Origin: a virus
Lineage: Duplodnaviria; Caudoviricetes
Reading direction: 5' to 3' (one strand)
IMG/VR virus record: IMGVR_UViG_3300031998_000004
DNA: 64,000 nucleotides
Position numbers and translations under genes: made by a program. Positions within the stretch are counted from its first letter, which is position 1. Every line of letters starts with the position of its first letter. Of this stretch, positions 26,201-34,355 are shown one piece after another. The notes beneath the pieces are model-generated. The model saw nothing but the letters and a program-made list of their open reading frames with translations, was not told the DNA's origin and did not search any database.

Positions 26201-26562
26201 ACCTGAAAACCATTCCATAGTGTAAATGCAGTCTCACCAACTGGTCGTTCTTCAGTTGATGTACTATAGATAACATGTCGGTTGGTTTTCTTTGTATTCT
26301 TAAACTCAGGATTAACTGCAGTATTAACAAGGTCCCTTAAAGAACCTACTGTTCCTGTACTTGTAAATAGATTTGGAAATATCGTTGCTTGACACTCTTC
26401 TAATCTCTTACTAAATTGCTTCCTTTCATCAACACTCAGTAATAAGGCATCATCATTACTGAATGTCTCCTGTGCCCAATGCTGCTTCCAAGAGTACTTG
26501 GTTGGTGTATTCATAACCCTATATGATTGTAGGGCTTGTTCTAAAGATACATTACTAGACAT
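23293..26562 (-). CDS. Primase (AEP/VirE-N-like) and SF2 helicase fusion
   Basis: VIDLDIK, SSSKMGLHVW primase-like motifs; Walker A AGPGLGKT, DESH, MSGTP, VGSDI, DQWSNRIR. Confidence 0.7.
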   Translation of the reverse strand: MSSNVSLEQALQSYRVMNTPTKYSWKQHWAQETFSNDDALLLSVDERKQFSKRLEECQATIFPNLFTSTGTVGSLRDLVNTAVNPEFKNTKKTNRHVIYSTSTEERPVGETAFTLWNGFQVIDLDIKDATLAREIKKIIFDKLKNCNWFLGVCLSSSKMGLHVWTKIAVPEKDNEDVKKKRLLFLTNFRHKYSFVYLSILSGCEKLGYTKNDILKWMDLSMFKPQQGAIIGYDPHPLISSHFFEDFIYVNFDSIDDVGCPELDWITYPDLKEVFKRFDTFVDDERNNIQVSVIDKPLLEFDTHNKVHYKHNERWRLANTLVSLYGFEQGYRYLRMITSNAVKDKELQADCITANKYKKPVDPWAVDRLNNVHGFKIKLNIENDTFDESEIFSAMKQIENPVLIKESKYYKEFKISKDQYLGNIRYDILDACGRLTLLEAGPGLGKTEMVKMLAKEGKKVMLVLPFTSVIKSKTEGDKDWYYSYGNRAPRLDVAKGLSLTIDKFSRLNLMDVKANGFNYIFIDESHLMFMSEYRPVMAKVVEMIRNTEIPIIMMSGTPSGELVFFPDAVHLKVIKEETRQKVFKVNLVDSSQHLMFQMCRAMANDIANGKRVLFPTNNGTLYSKQINAAVTYFLQHEHAIYEPLRLQYYKKSNVGEDFMDDVNFKKTIKDIQVLLCSSYLSVGSDILDSYNFEIYFADLYMPHELDQWSNRIRKTNLFVNLYVAKNDAEGNSRSLHKFKPLDFKLNDEEIKNVHSILRICNEMIERNPVEYRYNSLVSSIIRDNKFIEYNELDNKYYLNEIAYKVIYFERKYREYVQQLPVIMKGMQAYGYEIQARDLKDFKMEGMEDFSNLKDMVKLAYDEQLTLNTTHIEELMDIITEDRLNIYKEVLRGRFDIKKGNEWKEDLSNNKMIVKNIEVFEKVVPIFVSLSKQYEMDQIRDIFEHCRNKNGTFNFAAIGRVRTLVNIMYNDKNERLDLPIKEFMMEAYEFSDLGETTKSNYNNFLRSFAIKYANRVSTDIIKVNLAAMTMDDMVKKFDQIFKCLVKCGRPKRDGKFTMERVELLWPERTSLEDNIGEMIDNSFIGEFLGNQ

Positions 26563-26585
26563 GAATTAATATAATAAAATGTCAT

Positions 26586-26593
26586 TATTATTT
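26586..26593 (+). promoter_or_regulatory. Representative copy of recurrent sense-strand TATTATTT upstream motif (candidate phage promoter)
   Basis: Exact copies upstream of 13 gene starts on both strands (listed in findings). Confidence 0.55.
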
Positions 26594-26597
26594 TTAT

Positions 26598-27101
26598 ATG
26601 AAAAGTCTACAAGAAAGTTTGTTTGATGATAACATAACTAAGGATATTGTTATTTCGGAATTATTTGAAATAACCAATATTTTTATACGAAGTGATGTTC
26701 GTGATTGGATTGATGAAAATTTTCAATATAATATCCTATTTAAAAACAGAGAAAAATTCGAATTACATAATTATCCCAAAGATATAGATAAGAATTCTTT
26801 AGCATTACAAACAATTTTAAGTTATATTGATTCTATACCAGTAAGTTTGTTTTGGGACGGTACAGAATTTTATCGAAAAAACCTTTACGATAAACTTGAA
26901 ACTATAAAAAAATATAAGAGACAACCAAATATACCTAATTTTTTTGTTGAAGGAGTTCATCCTATTTTTGATCAAAAAAGAAGAAATTCTCGAATAAAAA
27001 AATTATCAGGGTTTGATGTGCAATTTATGGTTATAGATAAAGAAAAATTTAAGGAATCATTTGGTGGAAGAGAAATAATTATAAAATATAAACTAAAATA
27101 A
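26598..27101 (+). CDS. MKSLxESLFD-leader protein, array member 1
   Basis: MKSLQESLFDDNITKD. Confidence 0.75.
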   Translation: MKSLQESLFDDNITKDIVISELFEITNIFIRSDVRDWIDENFQYNILFKNREKFELHNYPKDIDKNSLALQTILSYIDSIPVSLFWDGTEFYRKNLYDKLETIKKYKRQPNIPNFFVEGVHPIFDQKRRNSRIKKLSGFDVQFMVIDKEKFKESFGGREIIIKYKLK

Positions 27102-27102
27102 C

Positions 27103-27732
27103 ATGAAAAGTCTACAAGAAAGTTTGTTTGATAAGGATCTATTGGATAAAGGAGTAGTATTGGGCACCGACGCTGCTTGCGAATATTTTACAAGCATCCT
27201 ATCAAAATCAGACTTTGTTAAGTATAATAAATATGACTCATCAAAACGTTCATATAATATTAATCGAGGGAACACCTCTTTCCAAGTTACCTTGATGGGA
27301 CACGTATCATATAGTACAACAAATACCATGAGGGGTCTTGATCGTATAATTGATTACCAACTCAAGATGTATTTTGATACATATAAAGATGGATGTGTTA
27401 TAAATTACGTCGATTTCGAATTTAGTCATGGAACGGAGATGGATGGAGAAAATTTTGGTTATATTCCCAAAGGTATTGGTAATAAACGATATGTATTGAT
27501 TTCATCCGACAATATAAATAGAATATTTAATCACTACGTTGAATTGTTTGATAAGATGGAAAAATATTTCTACTCTAAAGAATTCAAAGATATTGTTACT
27601 GATGGAAAATTAGATAAACCAATATGGGCAATATGGGGGTTGTCTGATGCTCTATATAACAGAAGATTGAATAAATATAAAGAAAACAAGAAGCAAATTC
27701 TTAATGACCTTAAAAAGCATATAAAAAGTTAA
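27103..27732 (+). CDS. MKSLxESLFD-leader protein, array member 2
   Basis: MKSLQESLFDKDLLDK. Confidence 0.75.
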   Translation: MKSLQESLFDKDLLDKGVVLGTDAACEYFTSILSKSDFVKYNKYDSSKRSYNINRGNTSFQVTLMGHVSYSTTNTMRGLDRIIDYQLKMYFDTYKDGCVINYVDFEFSHGTEMDGENFGYIPKGIGNKRYVLISSDNINRIFNHYVELFDKMEKYFYSKEFKDIVTDGKLDKPIWAIWGLSDALYNRRLNKYKENKKQILNDLKKHIKS

Positions 27733-27734
27733 TA

Positions 27735-28343
27735 ATGAAAAGTTTACAAGAAAGTTTGTTTGATAAAGATTTAACCCAAAAACGCATACTTGATAAAATG
27801 GATTTGACTCAAGTATGTGAATGTGTTACTGATATATATAAAGATTATAAGAACAAACTAAATATCAACTTTTATTCATTTCCTCCGAGATACAAGTCGG
27901 ATACAACGGCTCGTTTTATGATACACTGGGGTAGTCATAGAGCCGATGCGTCGCATGATTGGATATATGAGACAGAAATTAATTTCACCGCAAGAAATGG
28001 AAAGAGTGGTAAGATGTGGTTTGACCCTATTACAGTTAGTGTCAATGTTAGATCAACCAAATGGAGTTTTAGACTTCCTATGATATATATCAAATGGACA
28101 TTAGGAAAATATATTTATTGGGATGGAAACAATCCAAAGGATGAAGATATTATAAACGTTTTGGAAAACATAAAGAATATTTTTGAAGATGTGGCAGTTA
28201 TGTAAAAAGAACTTGAATGGTGGTTTGAAAAGAATATTCCTGATGATTACTATCTATCAGAAATTTCTAACGAAACAAAACTACACAAGGCATTTGTAGA
28301 AATTGTCGAGAATAAATGGTTTAAAAATATAATGCCTAAGTAA
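27735..28343 (+). pseudogene. MKSLxESLFD-leader protein, array member 3, interrupted by in-frame TAA at 28203-28205
   Basis: Frame stays open for 45 more codons to TAA 28341-28343, which overlaps the next ATG. Confidence 0.6.
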
Positions 28344-28795
28344 TGAAAAGTCTTAAAGAAAGTTTGTTTGATGATAATATAAAGAAAGACCTCACTATTA
28401 GGGATGTCTGCGAACTCAACCCAACCAAAACTGGTCGTGGTATTGTAGCCGCGGGTCTACCAATCGGATATTTCTTTAGTGTTGACAAACTAAAAAAATA
28501 CACCCACCCATATGACATAACAAGTAATCCGGAATACAATTCCTTAGATTATCTTATTGGTGTGATCGTAGACCAACCAATACCTTCAAAATCCAATGTT
28601 AAGACATCTGATCATAAATGGTGTGAAAATCTCAAAAAGGTACTTACTAAATATGTTAACAGAGGTTGGAGATTAGAATGGGATAAAAAAATTGATGTGT
28701 ATTTAATTGAATACCCCGATGATTGTTTCGCAGTAAGTATAGATTTTGATAGTGGTACAGGTTCATACGAATTTATTTTCAAACCCAAATCATAA
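28343..28795 (+). CDS. MKSLxESLFD-leader protein, array member 4
   Basis: MKSLKESLFDDNIKKD. Confidence 0.75.
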   Translation: MKSLKESLFDDNIKKDLTIRDVCELNPTKTGRGIVAAGLPIGYFFSVDKLKKYTHPYDITSNPEYNSLDYLIGVIVDQPIPSKSNVKTSDHKWCENLKKVLTKYVNRGWRLEWDKKIDVYLIEYPDDCFAVSIDFDSGTGSYEFIFKPKS

Positions 28796-28840
28796 TTTCT
28801 TCATAATGTTATCAAACCTTTTGTATTTTTACATCAAAAT

Positions 28841-28872
28841 AAAAAGATGACCATTTAGTCATCTTTTCTTTT
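28841..28872. terminator. Bidirectional terminator
   Basis: AAAAGATGAC-cattta-GTCATCTTTT between convergent genes. Confidence 0.75.
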
Positions 28873-28891
28873 TCTCGCCGTTAAATCGAAT

Positions 28892-29464
28892 TTATTTAAG
28901 TTCTCCCCTGAGTTTATTTAATAGGTTTCCGAGCATATTTATAGATACTGGAACATCGTGTACGTAATCAAACCATTCAATCCTCCCAAATTCTTCAATT
29001 TCCCTTGCGAGTGTAGATTCGCTCATTCCAGCTCCCCAAAAACAATCGTATGGACTTGCTTCTACAAATTGTTTATTATCGATTGCTGGGTCAAGGAACT
29101 TTTTAAGTATATCCGGGTTTTGTTTAAATTTCAATTGAAGTGTCTCCCACATATACTTCACTCGAACCGCATCCCATTCTTTTGGATTAAGTTTGATATG
29201 ACGGGCAATTCCTTTTGTTTCTGCTGGGGACTGTGCGAGCGCAATTTTATAGTAACTATATTTATCCCCGGCCATCACAGCTTTCCGGCTCTGGTAATAG
29301 GCTTCTGCTGTTTTGAAGGTGATTGTAGAAGGAAGATGGGGTTCGTCCCAGAGTTCCTGTTCTTCGGTCCATTGAAAGTCGTCCCAGACCGTGATAGGAG
29401 ACTCGGCAAAATTACTCGGCCAATCTTTTCCGAAGAATAATATGTATTTCTCAGTTATTGTCAT
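28892..29464 (-). CDS. NADAR (YbiA/DUF1768) family hydrolase
   Basis: SNF, F.TAEAYYQ..KA, W...R...M....KFKQNP, VEASPYD.FWG.G, N.LG.LL..LR. Confidence 0.9.
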   Translation of the reverse strand: MTITEKYILFFGKDWPSNFAESPITVWDDFQWTEEQELWDEPHLPSTITFKTAEAYYQSRKAVMAGDKYSYYKIALAQSPAETKGIARHIKLNPKEWDAVRVKYMWETLQLKFKQNPDILKKFLDPAIDNKQFVEASPYDCFWGAGMSESTLAREIEEFGRIEWFDYVHDVPVSINMLGNLLNKLRGELK

Positions 29465-29687
29465 CGTTCAGTCTCTCCCAAACAGCGTTAATAAAATTGT
29501 CTATATACTTATCTTCATAGAAACAGTCAATACCATCTATGAACTGAACATCTCGAGCAGTACCACCAAACAGTTCATCACAGACGTTAAATACCTTCTG
29601 ACCCTTTCTCCATTCCTTCGGACAGGAGTCAACGGTTTCCCAAATCTTTACAATGAAATCTTCGTACTTCATATTTGATTTCTCCAA
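29451..29687 (-). CDS. Hypothetical protein
   Basis: WRKGQKVFN, IDCFY.D; coupled to neighbours. Confidence 0.6.
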   Translation of the reverse strand: MEKSNMKYEDFIVKIWETVDSCPKEWRKGQKVFNVCDELFGGTARDVQFIDGIDCFYEDKYIDNFINAVWERLNDDNN

Positions 29688-29875
29688 ACTTTTTTATTAG
29701 CAATTGCTCTCCATATAATTGCACCCAATGCAATAAATATACCGAGCGGACTGAGTAATACAGTAGGTATTATTTCTTCATCGGCAAATCCCAATCGATC
29801 CATAAGACCACCAGTCACACAACACAGCAACCAGTACCCAACCATAACCAATGAGAATATTGCGAACCAGCCCAT
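29669..29875 (-). CDS. Small membrane protein
   Basis: Two hydrophobic segments. Confidence 0.55.
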   Translation of the reverse strand: MGWFAIFSLVMVGYWLLCCVTGGLMDRLGFADEEIIPTVLLSPLGIFIALGAIIWRAIANKKVWRNQI

Positions 29876-29880
29876 ATGTG

Positions 29881-30141
29881 TTATATTGTATAAATAGATT
29901 TACTATCAATACCTGCGATAACTTCCCATACCCCTCTGTCTTCATAGATACTTCCTTCAGTCACTTCGTAAAGGAGTTTGGTTTCGGTTACTTCATCCAT
30001 ATAGTTTTTAACAGCAGTATCGGACGCGGTCTGTGCCGAGTTGGAAGGGATAAGAACGTTTATGTGTTCTTCATTGGTGTCCCCTGTGAAAGGTGGGTAG
30101 TGTTTGATTCCCCGGACAAGATAAATCTTTTTGACTAGCAT
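29881..30141 (-). CDS. Hypothetical protein
   Basis: 86-aa ORF in co-oriented run. Confidence 0.5.
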   Translation of the reverse strand: MLVKKIYLVRGIKHYPPFTGDTNEEHINVLIPSNSAQTASDTAVKNYMDEVTETKLLYEVTEGSIYEDRGVWEVIAGIDSKSIYTI

Positions 30142-30178
30142 ACTCTCTATGTGTGTTTCTTAATTATATTTAACAAAT

Positions 30179-30526
30179 TCATTTCAATTCTTTAGTCAAT
30201 ACATCACCGTTCCAATCCTCACATTCTCCTGTTTTCTTATATCCACATCTCACATACCAATCTTCTATCCATGACCCTCTCTCAGCACATAATTCTACTT
30301 CTGTTGCACCCATTGATTTTGCTTCCTGTTCAGCCCAATACAATAGAGAATATCCTATTCCTATTTTTCTATAGTCCTCTGTAACAGACAAACCATGAAT
30401 AGTTGCAACTCCTGGTATATCATTATGGACAGACACATTGACAAGCCCATGTCCGTTTCGTCTGACTACAGTGTGTGTCTGCCCCCACCACCAAGTATTT
30501 TGATGTACAAAATGGTCTTTTCTCAT
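30179..30526 (-). CDS. GNAT-family acetyltransferase
   Basis: LSVTEDYRKIGIGYSLL, WYVRCGY. Confidence 0.85.
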   Translation of the reverse strand: MRKDHFVHQNTWWWGQTHTVVRRNGHGLVNVSVHNDIPGVATIHGLSVTEDYRKIGIGYSLLYWAEQEAKSMGATEVELCAERGSWIEDWYVRCGYKKTGECEDWNGDVLTKELK

Positions 30527-31554
30527 TAGTCAACGAGTTTTTTGAAATAATCTCCGACAATCACTACCGGAGTACCCTTATCGCCGCTTCCACTCACTAG
30601 GTCCATCAATGAGCCAAGGAGGTCAACAATCCTACGAGGGGTAGTCCCGAGTTCCTGACCAGCTTTCCCGCGGTTGGTTTTAATAGATTTATAAATGTCC
30701 TGTTCATTCATTCCACTATCGATAGCGTTCTTGAGTTTCACTTCTGCGGGCATCCCATCAAGCCCACTCGTCCAAGCAGGACTCACAACAGGGTCGGCCC
30801 ACTCCCATATACCTGTACTAGGATCCTTGTATGCGCCGTCACCATAGATCATCACCTCAACATCCTTGCCGCATCTCTCTTTGATAGTTTGCTGTAGTGT
30901 GTTGACAAAGTATTGTGCGTACTGCTTGTCAGGGAAGAGTTTAAGACGGTTGTTTCCTGCCGCGTTCATTCCAAGAAGCCCCCAGCTGTTTCTCTCTCCA
31001 AGAATATCCTTGAGTGTGAGCTCATAAGGGGAACTGGGTGCGTGGAGCCTACAGTCCACAATCACGACTCCTTCTTTATTAAGTTCGCTGAGTTGTGCTC
31101 GATTCCAAAGCCCATCATCAACCCATTCAAATTCCTTTCCTGCTCCTTCAATCCACTCCTTATATACATCTCTGTAGTTAACACCGGTAACTTGGTGATC
31201 AATATGATTACCCACTTCATCAGTCTCACCTGACATAATTATGACTTTAGTAATGTTTGGTGCACAGAGCAAACCACGGAGAATAGGAATAAACCTATTA
31301 CGTGAAAAGATAGGATTAATAAGATAGAGATGTGTTGCTGTTGGTTTATAATTAGTTAACCACTTACCAACTTCTTCAAGCCCGACATACATACCAGCAT
31401 TCCTAGCAACAACACTTTCAGTCACACCAATAATATCACCATTCTTACCTCCTACCTCACTATAGTTATTCACAATAGCATCAATCAAATTGTCTCCTTC
31501 TTTAATAAGCGGGAGTCGGAGACCAAACACCCTAGTACCTACAAGGTTTCTCAT
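30526..31554 (-). CDS. CofE-like (F420-0:gamma-glutamyl ligase family) protein
   Basis: LPLIKEGDNL, VTESVVAR, YGDGAYKDP, ADPVVSP, GTTPRRIVDLLGSLMDLVSGSGDKGTPVV. Confidence 0.8.
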   Translation of the reverse strand: MRNLVGTRVFGLRLPLIKEGDNLIDAIVNNYSEVGGKNGDIIGVTESVVARNAGMYVGLEEVGKWLTNYKPTATHLYLINPIFSRNRFIPILRGLLCAPNITKVIIMSGETDEVGNHIDHQVTGVNYRDVYKEWIEGAGKEFEWVDDGLWNRAQLSELNKEGVVIVDCRLHAPSSPYELTLKDILGERNSWGLLGMNAAGNNRLKLFPDKQYAQYFVNTLQQTIKERCGKDVEVMIYGDGAYKDPSTGIWEWADPVVSPAWTSGLDGMPAEVKLKNAIDSGMNEQDIYKSIKTNRGKAGQELGTTPRRIVDLLGSLMDLVSGSGDKGTPVVIVGDYFKKLVD

Positions 31555-33185
31555 ACATTATGAATTATTTCTATTTTAGATTGTTCCCAATATTGTCCTT
31601 TTGGCTCAAGACTTACCTTGATAGTTCCATCAAAGAACCCTTCATTGATTTCATAATGAGACACAACAAAGATTGTTTCGTCCGGTTGCATGTCGTCGCG
31701 GAGCATCCAAGACATCTCGTTCCTCAACTCACTATGCATATTACTAAACAGCTCATCCAAGAACACTATATTCAATGAGTTACTCCCCATCACCGTCCCA
31801 AGCACAGACATGATGATTATCATATCGACTGTCTTCAGCTGTCCTGTACTGAGACTACTCACAGGGATATCTTCATCTGTTCCTGGGAGTCGAATTTGAC
31901 ACTTAAACTGATTGTCAAACTGAATGATGTAACGCTGACGAAGTCGTTGACTGTACTTCATTATATTCTCGTTTAATACAGGAATGAATGATGAAAGAAT
32001 GTTTGCTCGAATGTCATTTCCGAGTAGGTCAAGCAAGAGTTCCCACTGCTGGTCTTCAAACTGTGCATCGCCGAGATTCATCTCGTATTCTCTCAGTTGC
32101 TGTTCAATCTTATCTATCTCACCATTGTTTACCTTTGCTCGTTTGGCTTGTTCCTGGAGACGCACAAGCAGGGCTTTATTCCTTTCGAGTTCTTCACGGA
32201 TAGGTCCAACTTCTTTTTCATACTTATCACGAATCTGCCCAGGTACGAGTTTTTCTTTCTCAAGTCGTTCGTTGATGGTCACATATTGCTTTCTCAAGAC
32301 ATCTCTTTCCTTCTCCTTTACAGGGAGCATACTCTGGTCTATAGGAGCGCCACAAGTAGGACAGGTACCCTTCTGGATAAATGCAATTTCCTTTGCCTTG
32401 TTAACTCCAAGGGCTTTCACACTAGCGAGTTCTGCACTGGATTCTTCAATAACTTTCCTTGCATCTCGGACAGTTTTTTCATATATGTCCTTTTGTTCCT
32501 GAACCTTTTTATTATAGGTGTCTATATCTTTCTTGACAACATCTATATTTCCGTCAATTACTTCAATGTTGGTCAGCTCATTGATCTTTCTGATCTGTGC
32601 GTTACACTGATCAATAAGAGACTGTAACCTATTGATATTCACAGTGTTCTCTGATCTCAAGACCTTACCGGCATCAACATACTTGGTAAGAGCAGCAAAC
32701 CCAAGGACATTATCCAGGAACTTTCTACTGTCCTGAGTATTCAGAGACGCCAGACTCTTAAAATTATTAAATGATATAACACAAAGGAGTTCAACTGTGG
32801 TTCTCGAGATATCGTAATACTCGTTTTCAAGCTGACTTTGAATATCTCGTTTATCAGTATAAATAAGGTCCTCTCCATCAATCTTTACGGATATTGGAGA
32901 TTGCCCATAAGAGTTGATTTCACGATTGATATAAATGTGTTTGCCTTTGCTTTCACACCAGAGTTCAACCGTTGTGTGTTTTTCTCCCCAAGAAATTAAG
33001 GAGTCATTATTCTTGTTTTTAACATTACCAAAAAGTCCGAAGATAATTGATTCACCAATAGTAGTCTTGCCAACACCAACGGGGCCAACTATCTTCCACA
33101 TTCCTTTAATATCTTTTTCAAAATCCATCTCAAAATCACCATAGATGGATTTAAAGTTGTTTAGTTTTATCTTCTGAATCTTCAC
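31551..33185 (-). CDS. SbcC/Rad50/T4 gp46-like recombination ATPase
   Basis: NFKS, Walker A GPVGVGKT, coiled coil with CPTCG zinc hook, LSTGQ signature, LDE; probable GTG start. Confidence 0.9.
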   Translation of the reverse strand: MKIQKIKLNNFKSIYGDFEMDFEKDIKGMWKIVGPVGVGKTTIGESIIFGLFGNVKNKNNDSLISWGEKHTTVELWCESKGKHIYINREINSYGQSPISVKIDGEDLIYTDKRDIQSQLENEYYDISRTTVELLCVISFNNFKSLASLNTQDSRKFLDNVLGFAALTKYVDAGKVLRSENTVNINRLQSLIDQCNAQIRKINELTNIEVIDGNIDVVKKDIDTYNKKVQEQKDIYEKTVRDARKVIEESSAELASVKALGVNKAKEIAFIQKGTCPTCGAPIDQSMLPVKEKERDVLRKQYVTINERLEKEKLVPGQIRDKYEKEVGPIREELERNKALLVRLQEQAKRAKVNNGEIDKIEQQLREYEMNLGDAQFEDQQWELLLDLLGNDIRANILSSFIPVLNENIMKYSQRLRQRYIIQFDNQFKCQIRLPGTDEDIPVSSLSTGQLKTVDMIIIMSVLGTVMGSNSLNIVFLDELFSNMHSELRNEMSWMLRDDMQPDETIFVVSHYEINEGFFDGTIKVSLEPKGQYWEQSKIEIIHNV

Positions 33186-33215
33186 GTATTTAATATATAT
33201 AAAAAAAGGAATCAA

Positions 33216-33797
33216 TTAAGATTCCTTCTTGGTTGATTTTTTAGTTGTTGTTTTCTTTGTCTTTGGTTTCGGTTCCTCCGCTAGAGCTTCAGACTCTGTA
33301 GTTGGCTGTTCCTTTTCCGGCTCTGGTTCAGTTACTGGTTCCTCTGTAGGTGTCTCAGGAGCAGGTTCTTCAGCAGGACCACTCTCTGTTACAGGTTCGT
33401 TATCTGCTTCGGTAAATCCAGCACCATCAAACTCAGGAGCATTCTCGGGCTCTGGTTCAGTTACTGTTTCAGGAGCGGGTTCAGGATCAGTTGTTGTGGT
33501 TTCAGTTTCGGTTTCCTTTTCAGTTCTAGGATCAATAACAGGCTCTTCAGTTGTTGTAGTTACAGTTTCTACGGGTGTCTCAACCACATCTTCATCCTTC
33601 GTCGGACCAACTGCTGGTGTACCATCCTCAACAAATACCATTTTTGCCATCCGAAGTGCTTCTGGGTCATTCACAAAACCAGCATTTGTTAAGTCTTCAA
33701 CTGTCCGATAACACTTCAAAATATCTTCATCGGGTGCAGTAACAGTCATAAAACCATGATATTTAAACAACCTGATGATTTCTTTGGTTAATTTCAT
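33216..33797 (-). CDS. Pro/Glu/Thr-rich low-complexity protein
   Basis: EPVTEPEP-type repeats, basic C-tail. Confidence 0.65.
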   Translation of the reverse strand: MKLTKEIIRLFKYHGFMTVTAPDEDILKCYRTVEDLTNAGFVNDPEALRMAKMVFVEDGTPAVGPTKDEDVVETPVETVTTTTEEPVIDPRTEKETETETTTTDPEPAPETVTEPEPENAPEFDGAGFTEADNEPVTESGPAEEPAPETPTEEPVTEPEPEKEQPTTESEALAEEPKPKTKKTTTKKSTKKES

Positions 33798-33878
33798 ACG
33801 CGTATAAAAATTTATTTGTACTATATAAAATAAAAAGAACCCGAAGGTTCTTTATATTAGTGTTATGTGATCATTAAA

Positions 33879-34328
33879 TTATTCTGGACCATAAACTGTG
33901 ATCTCACATGTTGCTGATTTATCACTTACGGTTGCAGTGATAGTTGCATTACCTTCGGTGTGGGGTTCATAATCACAGGTATGATTGTCTCCAGATTCTC
34001 CGCCTGGATAAATGTGTACTACATTTGGATCAGAGCATGTCCATGTGACGGTCTGGTCTGTTGCATTTTCGGGGAGGATAGTTGCCAATAAAGTATCAAA
34101 GTCGCCAGTTTGACACTCAATTTGGGTTTCATTTAATGTTATACTCTCAACCGGAATTTCGTGAGTGACATCAGCTTCGATATCTGTACTAGGGTCTGTA
34201 ACTGTTATATATTCTTCAATTTTGAGCCCGTCTACTGTTTTAGAAGCGAGGTCATCTGAAGGAACTACCTGTGTAATAAATCCTTTCTCTTTAAGTTCAT
34301 CTATCTGTGCTTTCGTAAGATTTGCCAT
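33879..34328 (-). CDS. Ig-like (Big_2) domain protein, probable virion decoration
   Basis: PVESITLN..L.ATILPENATDQTVTWTCSDPNV..GNATITAT..KSATCEITV. Confidence 0.8.
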   Translation of the reverse strand: MANLTKAQIDELKEKGFITQVVPSDDLASKTVDGLKIEEYITVTDPSTDIEADVTHEIPVESITLNETQIECQTGDFDTLLATILPENATDQTVTWTCSDPNVVHIYPGGESGDNHTCDYEPHTEGNATITATVSDKSATCEITVYGPE

Positions 34329-34355
34329 GATTATAATGTTTAATTAATTATATAA

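Noticed and set aside
26598-28372. CRISPR array from the 30-bp repeats
   Set aside because: Repeats are coding gene starts spaced 500-630 bp apart; no cas genes
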